A stretch of DNA of 64,000 nucleotides from Octopus sinensis (taxonomy: Eukaryota): contig NC_043001.1 of NCBI RefSeq assembly GCF_006345805.1, positions 115,382,001 through 115,446,000 on the forward strand, given 5' to 3'. The notes under the pieces are model-generated. The model searched no databases. It saw only the letters and a list, made by a program, of their open reading frames with translations, and was not told the DNA's origin. Positions 10,464-23,394 of this stretch are shown here, piece by piece. Each line of letters starts with the position of its first letter. Within the stretch, counting starts at the first letter, position 1. The position numbers were made by a program, and so were the translations under genes.

Positions 10464-11018
10464 GAGGGTGAATCAAAAAGTAATACCATTTTGTTTAGGA
10501 CAGGTATAATTACCAACACAGGAACATGTATCATGCATCAAAATGAAGCTAGTCCTCTGTGGTTCACATCCTTACTTCTCAACATTTCCCTCAATAGCAC
10601 TGTTCCACCATCGAATGAGAGCATGTATCCCTGCCCCGTAAAGTTCTGTTGACTGTTCTTTGAGCCACTTCTTCACTATAGTTTTCACATCCTCGCCACT
10701 GGAATAATGGTTGCCTCTAAAACCCTCTTTCATGGGGCCGAAGAAATGATAGTCCAGTGACGATGATAGTTCAGTGACGAGGAAGTGAAAACTGTAGTGA
10801 AGAAGTGACTCAAAGAACAGTCAACAGAATTTTACGGGGCAGGGATACATGCTCTCATTCGAAGGTGGAACATTGCTATTGAGAGAAACTGTGACTATGT
10901 TGAGAAGTAGGGATGTGATCCACAGAGAACCAGCTTTATTTTGATGTATGATACATATTCCGGTGTTGGTAATTATACCTGTCCTAAACAAAATGGCATT
11001 ACTTTCTGACTCACCTCG
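10463..11018. mobile_element. Palindromic mariner derivative built from two 3' ends
   Basis: TIRs cgagggtgaatcaaaaagtaat / attactttctgactcacctcg with TA flanks. Both arms encode the mariner transposase C-terminus (plus arm: FSDEEVKTVVKK*LKEQSTEFYGAGIHALIRRWNIAIERNCDYVEK*). Confidence 0.85.
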
Positions 11019-11075
<57 letters not shown>

Positions 11076-11346
11076 TAATATATATATATATATATATAAT
11101 ATATAAACCTACTTGGAGAACAAAAAGAACGAAACGACGCGAGGGCGATCAGTCATGCAATAAATTAATAAATAAAATACATACATACATACATACATAT
11201 ATGTACGTACCTACATCTACAGTATATATACATGCATATATAAATATATTATATATGTGAGTACAGGACATGCATGTATATATACATGTAGATGTAGGTA
11301 CGTACATATATGTATGTATGTATGCATATATTTTATTTATTAATTG

Positions 11347-11377
<31 letters not shown>

Positions 11378-11411
11378 GTCATGTAAGCATAAACTATATG
11401 AATACATATGC

Positions 11412-11444
<33 letters not shown>

Positions 11445-11767
11445 TGTATGTATGTATGTATGTATGTATGTATATGCGCATGAGATGATAATCATTACAT
11501 TGGAATAGGTGTTCACTTTAACCCAATTTTCATTATGAATTTCGAAGGTGTTTAAATAAGACTCAGAGTACTGAAGTACACAAGGCAATTTGGCTGGTAC
11601 TCATTTGCAGTTGAGGTGACTGAAATAAAAATGAAATGAAGTGTATTGCTAAGAAACACAACACACCAACCGGTCTAGGAATTGAACCCCCGTCATTACG
11701 ATTGTGAGATCAATACCCGAACAACTATGTCATGCGCCTTTATTCACGCGCGCACACACACACACAC

Positions 11768-11809
<42 letters not shown>

Positions 11810-12477
11810 CACATACAGGCATACATATATATATCGAAGTGATCATTTTGTTTTTGTTTTATATATTATGATTTTTATTGATTTGTAAGTGTGTGTATGT
11901 GTGAAAAAAAATCTTGGGAGATTAATACAACATGAAGTTTCAGTATTCTAATCAGATCATTAAATCGACTTCCTAATTAATGAGCTATGAGCTTATGCAA
12001 ATTCATTATGACATAGATCGTTAGTTCTGCTTGGTCTAAAATAAGTTCATTGATTCCCCAGTATTGAAGACAAACAATTTAAGGGAGGCTATAGGGAAAA
12101 TTTGTTAAATGAACGATTAAACACAAATCAATAGATTAATAAATACATCGTCTTCCCCCACCTTTGACCAACTAAGGTACTCCTTCCTTCTCAACTCTCT
12201 GGTGAAGGACAAAATTCCAAAAGGTCATACTTTCATTTCATCTCAATTCAATTGTTTTGGTATTCAACGAACTCTTACTTTGATGTATTGTTGCCACAGG
12301 CACATTTCCACTTGTTCCCTCAGATACCATCTTGGAATACTTACAAGAATCGAAGACTAAATGTCATTTCTTCAGGACAAGAACGCATGCGCATAAAGGA
12401 ACACGTGCGTATTTATAAATAAATAAGTTAATAGACGCAAGGACAGAGATAGTTTTGTCTTTTATTTTCCATCTTTT

Positions 12478-12790
12478 ATCATTTACTTGTTTCAGTCATT
12501 AGGATGCGACCATGCTGGGGCACTACCTTGATGAATTCTAGTCGAACGAATCGACCTTCCCCAACACTTTTTTTCAGCCAGGTATTTATCCTCTCTGTCT
12601 CTTTTGCCGAACCGCTAAGTTACGAGGTTGTCAAGCGGTGATGGGAGACCAGCAGACACAGACACACACACAAATACATTTATATATACATGATAGAATT
12701 CTTATAGTTTCCGTTTTCCAAATCCACTCACTGATCGACCCAGGGCTATAGTAGAAGACACTTGCCCAAGGTGCCACGCTGTGGAACTGA
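12478..12790 (-). mobile_element. Diverged copy of the dominant SINE
   Basis: Contains tttacttgtttcagtcatt, ccgaaccgctaagttacg and tagtagaagacacttgcccaaggtgccacgc. Confidence 0.75.
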
Positions 12791-12980
12791 TACAAAGAAG
12801 TAACAAGAATCTTTAAAAATATACTTGGTAGTCAAAGTTTTCCCCTAGAATTGGTCTTCAGGTTGATCTAAAGAAACACAGTGCATCAATGTATACAAAT
12901 ATATGTATGTATGTATGTATGTATGTATTATGTATGTATGTATGTATCTACATATACATATATAGATATGTGCATACATA

Positions 12981-13838
12981 CGAGGTCTGATCAATAAGTA
13001 TCCGGACTGTTGCCATAGTAACAAAGCTAAAGCACGCACAGATTGACCTTAAACTCTGCTGTGCACTAAGTTTTAACGTTCTAGCATAACTTGTGCTGTT
13101 TACAGAAGTGCTTAGAAGAAAGGTGCGTAGCGCATGGTCGTCGCACTGACCATCACAGAGAAGATTGTCATGGCGATACTGCTCAGAGGCCTACGCAAAG
13201 TTGCAGAAAATATATGGAGAGGAGTCTATGAGCTGCACACAAGTATACTAGTGGCTCAAATGTTTCCAAGATGGCTGAAAAACTGTCGACATTGACGAAA
13301 GTTCTGGGAGCCCCGCAACCAGCAGAACTAAGAAAAACATCGCACATGTGCGTGCACTTGTGAGGGGAAATCGTCGAATCACAATCCCTGAGTTATCAGA
13401 GGATGTGCAGATTAGTTACGGTTCAGTTCAGTCCATTATCACTGAAGATTTGGGTATGAGAGGAGTGTCCGCTAAGCTTGTGCCAAAGCTGCTTTCAGTT
13501 GACCAAAAAGACACTTGGTTTTATGTTGCTCAAGATCTCCTTGATTGTGCTGGGAACAATGAAAATTTTGCGTAGGCCTCTGATCAGGTATCGCCAAGCT
13601 TTTGGCAAAATTTGATGCAGATTCTCTACTCAGCTTTTCCTGTCATGGTCAATGCGAGGATCACGCGCTACACACCTTCCTTCTAAGCACAGCTGTTAAC
13701 AGTGGAGGTGAGCTAGATCGTTAAAACTTAATGCGCATGCACAGCAGAGTTCAAGGTAAATCTGTGCCAAGCAGCTTTACGCTGCGTGTTTTAGATTCGT
13801 TACTATGGTAACAGTTCGGATACTTATTGATCAGACGA
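12981..13838 (+). mobile_element. Internally deleted mariner transposon
   Basis: About 45 bp TIRs (cgaggtctgatcaataagtatccggactgttgccatagtaac and its reverse complement at about 13800-13838). The N-terminal transposase fragment RALVRGNRRITIPELSEDVQISYGSVQSIITEDLGMRGVSAKLVPKLL is present; the catalytic domain is absent. Confidence 0.88.
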
Positions 13839-13899
13839 CACACACACACACACACATATATATATACATATACATACATATACGTATATATACTATATC

Positions 13900-13931
<32 letters not shown>

Positions 13932-13995
13932 TAAATATATATATACACACACACACACACAGACACATATATATATATATGTATACATATATATA

Positions 13996-14035
<40 letters not shown>

Positions 14036-14057
14036 TATACATATATATGTATGTATA

Positions 14058-14093
<36 letters not shown>

Positions 14094-14289
14094 TGTATGT
14101 ATGTATGTATGTATAAGAGACTTTGTGTCAACTAGCATTAACTTGGATCATCTGTGGTCTTTGCACTTTCTCTTCGGTTTGTTAAGATCAATAAAACATA
14201 AAATGTGTGTGTGTGTGTGCGCGCGCGCTGCGTGCATAATTTTATTTTGGAAACAGATTAATACAAACCTCTAAGTTGAGAGTCTTGTG

Positions 14290-15725
14290 TGTAAGGGCTT
14301 TCGTTATCTTCAGCTTTTCAAACGCACGTGGTAATCCGTATAATAGTAATTGTATTAGGTAACAGTTGTGACTATTTTCGCTTTAATTTCACAAGGAAAA
14401 TCTTTATAAAGTATTTTCATTTGCTTTTCGTAATAGCTCATTTTCTTTCTTTCTATTTTTTTTAAGGTATGTTTTGAATTTCTCATTGGTTCAAATATTT
14501 AAATGCTCACTCCATGAAGCATTCCTGCCAGATGGATCCCTGATTTGTTGTTTGTGTACTATGATTCGATCCATTAATTTTCTTTTCTGTTTCGTCGATA
14601 GAATTCTCAATGTACTGTAAAAATGTAAGATCTTTTGCTTTGCAATTCATATTTGCACTCGCCTTAAATTCTTTCACATTCTGGAACTATTTCATCCTTA
14701 CCCTGTTCAATCAAATCTCACGTTCTACAACGAAGTCCTTCACATTTTCTTACCCGCATTATTTCTTCCTCTGGTGTGAATTTCATCTTTGTTAACAAAT
14801 CCTCTTTGTAGTTTTCTTCGCCTGTTAATAATTTGTGACTCTTTAACGATTCCCTTCTCCTCCCCTTAGATGTAATGACCGATGTAGAACTGAAAGGCAT
14901 TGTTTGACCGAATGGAAGATGTTATTTCTGAGACTGTGATGAATGACTACAGATGGAATATTTTTGTGTGTGTTTTCCACTTTATTTCTGAGAGTGTCTT
15001 CGTAAATCAGACTGGTATTTATTTTTCCTAGATTAGTAACTATTATGTTTTTAGCAATATTTTGTCTCTAGAGAAATATTTTTACTTCTTTCTGTTGTCT
15101 GTCTCGTCTAGTTTGTAACTATTGATTATTTACACCTTGTCATACATAATGTGATATTTCTTTTAGTATGGGATGGACGGTAAGATCTAAAGTCTAAATA
15201 TTGATGTGCATTCACACTCTTGCAGCAAGGATCAGTTGTTTTAGTCTCGTTTTTCTTAATTAAAATGATTTCCAGAGAAGAAAAAATTTTTTCATTCACT
15301 TCCATAGTAAATCGGATTGATCTTTTAGTCTGTTGATTAAGTTATAAAATCTGTTAAGGTCTTCTTTGTATCGGGTCTAAAATAAGAAACAACCATCCAG
15401 CAATCTTTTCCAGTTTTCTTTTGAAAGGGGTTAGAAACGCTGATCAGAAATAATTCAAGTTCGAAGATAGTTTTTTTTCCCCTCCTAGTGTTGCAAAAGT
15501 GGTTACAATTCTTGTACCCATGGTCCTCCCTTCTATTTGTTGGTGTTAATAATCAAACATGAAGTATTTGTTTTCTAGCACGAACCGTAATCCTTCTAGT
15601 ATGAATTACTTTGAGATTTTCTTATGAATTATAGATGGGCATTCGTCTGTGCGGAATTCAACGGCCTCCACTCCTAATCCACAGGGAAGGTTTGTGTGAA
15701 GGAAAGTCATGGCCAAAATAACCAT
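14290..15725 (-). mobile_element. Degraded Penelope-like retroelement (RT + GIY-YIG region)
   Basis: Minus-strand frames give FLHTNLPCGLGVEAV, FILEGLRFVLENKYF, GRTMGTRIVTTFATL, WKRLLDGCF (decayed YxDD), TDPCCKSVNAHQYLDFRSYRPSHTKRNI and RIIVHKQQIRDP. There are many stops. A CTGAAGA-taac-GAAA relic lies at about 14300-14315. Confidence 0.8.
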
Positions 15726-16289
15726 GACCATCATGATATGTATGTATGTATGTATGTATGTTCGTGGTGTGTATATGTATATATATATATATAATATATA
15801 TATATATATATTATATATATATATATATACACACATCTCATATTATATACTGAGGATAACCATAAGGTGGTCGGAACCATGCGATCTGGTGGGCTCGGGA
15901 CTCGGAGCTAAAATAGTAGGGGGTTCTCTCCCTGCTTACAATACATATCGAGTGCAGAGTGCACTGAATAATCAAACAAAAAAGCGTCCTTCTGGGGTTA
16001 AAACAGCAGTATCCCAGGGAACATCCGTGTTTAGCTAGCGTTAAACGCTACTCCTCAGTATAAATACTGTTTTCATCTCTTAAAGAGATTTTCCTAAATA
16101 GGTAATTTGCATATTATGTAAAGATAGTTAATATATATATATATATATATAATATATATATATATATATACGTGTGCGTGTGTGTACATGTAGATATATG
16201 TGTCAGTGTGTATGTATGCGTATATGTGTATATGTTCATGCTATATATATACATACATACATACATGCATACATACATACATACATACA

Positions 16290-16321
<32 letters not shown>

Positions 16322-16322
16322 C

Positions 16323-16389
<67 letters not shown>

Positions 16390-16399
16390 TATATATATA

Positions 16400-16702
16400 A
16401 GTTTATGAAAGAATGGAGTTGAACGACTTGTTAACAAGTTTCCTCTATTTTCGACATATGTTTCGAAGGCTGCATATTCCTAATTCCGAAGGAATAAGGA
16501 GTACATTACGCAGATTTCTCATCAGGAAAGGCAAGGAACTTATGTCGACATCAAAATGCACAAAAAACTTTTACCTGACTGCTCTCAAGGAGCCCATGCC
16601 CTAGGGACGTAACTTCAACCGTGTTCTTTCCGATGTGAATTTGCTACCCAGGTATCGGTTATCTTTCGAATTATCCTTAATACGATAATTCATTCAACTA
16701 CT

Positions 16703-16705
<3 letters not shown>
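16400..16705 (-). mobile_element. ~300 bp TA-flanked non-coding insert carrying one hammerhead (solo PLE pseudo-LTR or retrozyme monomer)
   Basis: Unique island between two (TA)n runs that contains the canonical hammerhead at 16449-16529. Confidence 0.65.
16449..16529 (-). ncRNA. Canonical type I hammerhead ribozyme (GUC site; predicted cleavage between 16453 and 16452)
   Basis: tttc-CTGATGA-[gaa..ctgcgta..tcct.attcc-ttc-ggaat.agga.tatgcag..ttc]-GAA-Acatatg-T-C|gaaa. Stem III is the palindrome ACATATGT. Confidence 0.85.
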
Positions 16706-16748
<43 letters not shown>

Positions 16749-17278
16749 TGGACTGTTCCGTGATAGAAAATTCAACAAAAAAAGTACACCATCTGGTGAG
16801 AGATAAATATGCTATTATATTGTACTAGCACATCTACCCATCTCCGATGGAGGTATAACTTGAGGGCGGGAAGTAAAAACAGGAATTTGTATAACATTGA
16901 TAAATGTGTAAATGGACTCGACAGATTACTGGTTAATGTCTTAGAGAAATCACATAATTGTTGGTGATGCAGCATTCCCTAGCAGCTATATGACATTTGT
17001 TTGCGACAAAGTGACGTGTGATAACGATTCACTCCCGTTCCGAAATAGGCACACCTCCTCTGTATCATGAATGGTTACGTGGATCACTCCTAAAGAATGC
17101 CAGAGCTTCCTTCGACCACTACATAAAATGTAGTAAGAAAAAAATATTATTTAGATATACTTTTATTTTAGTTGTTTACACTATTTTACGCTTGTTTATA
17201 CTCTTATACGTTATTCAAAGTTCATTAATTTCGATATTTAAATTATGAATCATATTTCTTTCGATAATATCAATATGA

Positions 17279-17720
17279 TTACAAAACTTCTTTGTAGACG
17301 ATACTTTCTGTTTGGTCGACACTAATTTTCAAATTACTGGAGTCCGTTGCTCTACTCATAGCGACGTATAACTGGCTGTGTGTAAACATCGGAGTGGGTA
17401 AAAATATACCTGCACGATCTAAAGTTTGGCCCTGTGTTTTGTTTACTGTAAATGTGCGAGCGGAATCTTTAGGATTGCAAAGAGTCAAGCTAAGACTTAA
17501 CCTTACCTCTCACTGTTCTATGCGAATAATGTCTAAATGTTCTGGTACCGTGGGTTATTTTGATTGACAAAGCTGAGATGTAAACAACAGCCACTTCGAT
17601 TAGGTGTGCTGGAGTGCAGTCATGATGGCATACACTGAAGAGAGACATTCCTGCTGCTCGGCATTCTAGAGGTTCGAATAAACGCAAGTTCAAGCCGTGA
17701 ATTTTTAACAATGGTGGCAT
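17279..17720 (-). pseudogene. Helitron PIF1-like helicase C-terminal fragment (frameshifted)
   Basis: FTVNKTQGQTLDRAGIFLPTPMFTHSQLYVAMSRAT...IVYKEVL matches the SF1/PIF1 terminal motifs of Helitron RepHel. Confidence 0.88.
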
Positions 17721-18060
17721 AACATTTAATTTACATGTACTTATCTTTATCAGTGTCTACGATTCAATTTGCAGCAATCGAAGATTGTGGCATTTAATTA
17801 ATAAATCGTGTAAGAAAACAATTTTTTTTTATCTTAAAAACCTATTTCGGATGGGAAATATTAACAAAAATCAACCGATAATGTAAGAAAAATGTACTCA
17901 ATTTAGTCAGAAGATCGGATTTTTTAAAGATCAACTTACCATAGAAACCTGACCTGATCGAGAGAAACGGATGTCATTTTTGGATTCAGCAGTGCAAAAT
18001 TGTTCTAACCCAGTTGAAAAAGCTCACACAACTTACAAAAAATGTTTATCCTTTAAATAA

Positions 18061-18137
<77 letters not shown>

Positions 18138-18189
18138 ATATATATACAATACATGCATTATGTATTATATACATACATATATATATTAT

Positions 18190-18400
18190 ATATATGCAAG
18201 TTTGTGTGTACGTGTATATCCATGCATATATATATGCATATGCACCCATATATATTTATATATATGCATGTTTGTGTGTACGTGTATATCCATGCATATA
18301 TATATGCATATGCACCCATATATATTTATATATATGCATGTTTGTGTGTACGTGTATATCCATGCCTATATATATATATGCATATGCACCCATATGTAAA
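18190..18400. repeat. About 3 copies of a ~62 bp unit within TA/CA microsatellite
   Basis: tttgtgtgtacgtgtatatccatgcatatatatgcatatgcacccatat occurs three times. Confidence 0.85.
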
Positions 18401-19100
18401 CATACATACATATATACATGCAAAAGTATATACACAAACATGTCACACTTGTGTGTGTGTGCGTGTGTGTGTGTGCGTGCGTGTGTAGTGTCAGTAATGC
18501 ATCCATCTATATTCTGCCTCTTCTTAGTATGCCCAGTGTCTGTCCGTGTGTATGTGTAGAAGTTTCAATGAAGGCATGTGCATTCGCCTTTCGCCTTAGT
18601 GCATGCCTTTATGGCTCCCAGTGTCTCTTTGTGACTCAGTATTTTTGCACGTGTTCATACAGTGTTTCCATTTAAACCTTCAGTCACAGCAAAAACCTTT
18701 CATCTCCTCTCATGCCACACGCTGTCCTATTAACCTGAGAAATGCAGCGTGAGCAAATTTTCTAATAATTTAAAATCCACTTTTTCGATGACTAACCATC
18801 TCCATTAAGGTTGAGGCTGGGAAGCTATTTTTCACTCTTTACTTGTTTTGTTTTTTTGTTTTGTTTTGTTTTGATTTTTGGTTCAGTTTTTTTTTCTTTT
18901 CTTTTTTTTTTTTTTCCTCGCTTAAATTTTCGCAAATACAAAGTTTTCTCTTCCTGAATACAATTACCAACTATTTTCATTCAAATACAAGGCTCATTGT
19001 CTAAAAGTATAATTTTTTCACTCGGACTTTGTATGTATATGTACACACATTCACACACACACATACATACATGAATATCATATTATATATATATACATGC

Positions 19101-19149
<49 letters not shown>

Positions 19150-19285
19150 CACACACACACATATATTATATATATATATATGTATGTATATATACATACA
19201 CACACACACACACACACACATATATAATATATATATTATATATAATATTATATATATATATATCTATATATAGTATATATATATA

Positions 19286-20494
19286 CAGGGTGCGTAAGAT
19301 ATTTGAGGACAAATTTATGTTTATAAAAAGTAGATATATAATAACAGGTAACAAAATGTTCTTTCCTATAATGTTATTCAATAAAGTTACCTTCAGCTTC
19401 TACAACTGCTTCTATATGAGATCGAAATCATCCACATGCTCGAATCGAGTGGTCTTGGTTCATTTTGGACATTACTCTGACTATGGCAGCTTTCATAGAA
19501 TCTTTGGTGTTATGGGCGTGTTCATTGACCTCTCTCTCTCTCAACCAAGCTCCACATACAATAGTCCAATGGATTGAGATCTGGGAATTAGGAGGCCAAA
19601 TATTAGAGGTTATGTGATCATGAACATTTTCAGCCATCCCTTCCTGTGTTACTAGAGCCATGTGGGATAGTGCAGAGTCTTACTAAAACACATATGACCT
19701 TCCATTGCATACACTGTCTATCCAGGGTTTAATTACTTCCAGGACCTCAATGTAGGTGGCAGAATTAATTCTAAGGCTTTGTAGAAAGAAGTAAGGAGGC
19801 ATTACATGCCCCTCATTGCTGACAACCCCTAAAACCATGATAGTTGCAGGAAATTTTGTATGCATAACTTTTGGAACTTCAGAATGGTCTGTACATAACC
19901 ATCTGTCATTTCTTCTGTTAACTTTTTGATCTTGATCGAAGTTTTTCTCGTTTGAACCAAACCAAATCAATCTTTGTTTGCTGGATTTTTCAGTTTGTTT
20001 AAGAGTCTTTAAGATCTGATGTAGTGATTTTCTATTGCTTTTACTGACAAATTGACCTTCCCTCATCATATAAGACTTATATCTAGTGTGTTTGTGGACA
20101 ACATTTCTGACTCTTCCTTCTGACACATGGAGATCTTTTGCAATCGGCCTAATGGACTTTCTGAGATTGTAATCAATGGTCTGTCGAACTTGCTGGGTAA
20201 TGATTTCAGGCGTTTAGAATGCTTTTTATGCTTTGATACTAGTGATACGTTTCTATCTTCAGTTTCTAGCTCCTCACAATATTTGTAGACGAAAGATCTG
20301 GCAACTTTTGAAACTCGATATTTCCAGATCGCAATGCTCAGCTTTTATAACCACAATAACATCATGCCTTTTCATTTCTTGAGTAAGCTGAGGGTCTGCC
20401 ATTATTATTTTCTGAAACAAAGATTATACAGAGTTTAGCAAAAAGTGCAGCAATGACCCCAAAATGATATGTCCTAAAATATTAATACACCCTG
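19286..20494 (-). mobile_element. Near full-length Tc1/mariner element of the DD37D (maT/Bmmar1-like) family, inactivated
   Basis: Imperfect TIRs cagggtgcgtaagatatttgaggaca / tgtcctaaaatattaatacaccctg with TA flanks. Transposase: NEKNFDQDQKVNRRNDRW...QDSALSH...WPPNS(P)DLNPLDY. After correcting a 1-nt deletion there are 37 residues between the second and third Asp. Confidence 0.88.
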
Positions 20495-20534
20495 TATGTA
20501 TATATAGATATACATACATACATACATACATACA

Positions 20535-20569
<35 letters not shown>

Positions 20570-21284
20570 GTGTGTGTATGAGATATATATATATACTCAT
20601 CATGGAGGTCTGTCATTTACAAGGCCAAGGAAGGCGTTAATTACGTGATCTGGCCTTTCCGATGACCTTAGCAGACGGTTATCACCTGCCACTGATATAA
20701 ACACGAGTGCTTATATGCACCAGAAATCCATATGATAGGTTCTCTAATGGTAAATAATGCAGTATTCTGCATTCTAACAGCACGTCCACTTGAGAGGTAA
20801 ATATTACGTTTAGGTATTAATACAGCTTCTATTAATAATTTATTAATTATTTGAGATATTTATATATGTTTGTATGAGAGTGTATGCGTATTTATATGGG
20901 TATGTGTTTGAGTTCGTGTGTATGTATGTGTGCTGCATGTGTGTGTGTGTGTGTGTGTAATCTTAAAGCATATTTCTAACTATGTCCATTCGTCCGTGCC
21001 TAATGTACACAAAATCATATATATTATTACGTACCATTTCACACCGAATAATTCTAAACGCATCCTACCCCATCCCACTACCTTGTGTTTGATTTCAATT
21101 CTAAGATAGTCGTAAAAACTATACATTTCTGTCCACTAGTTTTTCCAATTATGTCAATCTTTCATCTGACTGACGTTCAGTTCTGCTGGAAGAGGTATTT
21201 CTCTCTATTCATCCTCTTCAAGTTGTGTTTGCTCTCGATTTCTTCCTATATTATGAAAAAACTCATTTAAAAAAATCATCATAT

Positions 21285-21453
21285 AGGCGCAGGACTGGCT
21301 GTGTGGTAAGTAGCTTGCTTACCAGCCACATAGTTCCGGGTTCAATCCCACTGCGTGGCACCTTGGGCAAGTGTCTTCTGCTATAGCCTCGGGTCGACCA
21401 AAGCCTTGTGAGTGGATTTGGTAGACGGAAACTGAAAGAAGTCCATCGTATGT

Positions 21454-21497
<44 letters not shown>

Positions 21498-21722
21498 CTG
21501 TATATGTTTGTGTGTTTGTGCTTGTCCCTCCAACATCGCTTGACAACCGATGCCGGTGGGTTTACATTCCCGTAACTTAGCGGTTCGGCAAAAGGAGAAC
21601 GATAGAATAAGTACTAGGCTTCCGAAGAATAAGTCCTGGGGTCGATTTGCTCGACTAAAGGCGGTGCACCAGCATGGCCGCGGTCAAATGACTGAAACAA
21701 GTAAAAAATAAAAGAATAGAAG
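21285..21722 (+). mobile_element. Dominant tRNA-derived SINE, full length
   Basis: Runs from aggcgcaggactggctgtgtggtaag to caagtaaaaaataaaagaata. Confidence 0.9.
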
Positions 21723-22210
21723 AACATGTTCTACACTCACTATGTTGACTAAACACTAAAATAATCGCCTTGTCAAACAATCATACCTCGTTTTGTTTCA
21801 TTTTCTGAAATCAACCCCTTTGTTGCTTTCATTATTTGGGTTGAAGATGTTTTCACCAACGTAATCTAATACGATTGTTTTCAAGGTTCACCACGTGCTT
21901 TGATTGGGTTTCTATTCCTTACAAGAGCCGCTCTTCTTTCAGATACTGGATTACTGCAACTAAATCGAAAACTAACATCCCTAAAATTGTTTTGCTCTTT
22001 AAATATTTGCTTATTTCTTTAAGTGTCACTTCACAATTAATGTCACTTTTGTTAAAACGCATTTCTTACTACAAACAAACACACACACAAACAAACAAAA
22101 ACACACGCGTACATGATACACATACATACATACATATATTTATATACATGCGAACATGTGTGTATATATATATATACATACATATATATAGATATAATAT
22201 ATCTGTACAC

Positions 22211-22241
<31 letters not shown>

Positions 22242-23010
22242 GATATAGTATGTATGTATATATACATATTATATATATAATATATATATGTATGTGTCTG
22301 TATATGTTTGTGTGTTTGTGCTTGTCCCTCCAACATCGCTTGACAACCGATGCCGGTGGGTTTACATTCCCGTACTTAGCGGTTCGGCAAAAGGAGAACG
22401 ATAGAATAAGTACTAGGCTTCCGAAGAATAAGTCCTGGGGTCGATTTGCTCGACTAAAGGCGGTGCACCAGCATGGCCGCGGTCAAATGACTGAAACAAG
22501 TAAAAGAATAAAAGAATAGAAGAACATGTTCTACACTCACTATGTTTGACTTAAACACTAAAATAATCGCCTTGTCAAACAATCATAACCTCGTTTTGTT
22601 TCATTTTCTGAAATCAACCCCTTTGTTGCTTTCATTATTTGTGTTGAAGATGTTTTCACCAACGTAATCTAATACAGATTGTTTCAAGGTTCACCACGTG
22701 CTTTGATTGTTGTTTCTATTCCTTACAAGAGCCGCTCTTCTTTCAGATACTGGATTACTGCAACTAAATCGAAAACTAACATCCCTAAAATTTGTTTTGC
22801 TCTTTAAATATTTGCTTATTTCTTTAAGTGTCACTTCACAATTAATGTCACTTTTTGTTAAAACGCATTTCTTACTACAAACAAACACACACACAAACAA
22901 ACAAACACACACGCGTACATGCATACATACATACATACATATATTTATATACATCCGAACATGTGTATTATTATATACATACATATATATATATATATAT
23001 ATCTGTACAC

Positions 23011-23043
<33 letters not shown>

Positions 23044-23100
23044 CATATATATAGGTATGTATGTATATATACATATTATATATATATATATATATCTGTT
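21470..23100. repeat. ~790 bp tandem duplication (SINE 3' half + unique DNA + microsatellite)
   Basis: 21490-22260 is repeated at 22290-23050, with breakpoints in TA/TG runs. Confidence 0.88.
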
Positions 23101-23126
23101 CATATATATATATATTCTATTTTTTC

Positions 23127-23310
23127 TTTACTTCAGCCATTTGACCATAGCCATGCTGGAGCGCCGCCTTTAGTCTAACAAATCGGCCCCCATGACTTAT
23201 TCTTTGTAAGCCTAGTACTTATTCTATCTGCCTTTGCCGAACCGCTAAGTTTCGGAGACGTAAACACACCAACATCGGTTGTCAATCGATTTCAGGGAGG
23301 TAAACACACA
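23127..23310 (-). mobile_element. 3' half of the dominant SINE
   Basis: Contains ccatgctggagcgccgcctttagtc and ccgaaccgctaagtt. Confidence 0.8.
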
Positions 23311-23394
23311 CACATATATATGTATGTGTGTATACGCAACACACAAACATGTTATAAATGGTTATATGTGTGTGTATATATATATATATATAAA

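Noticed and set aside
12340-12400. Minus-strand CTGAAGA followed by a small hairpin
   Set aside because: GAAA and stem III are absent.
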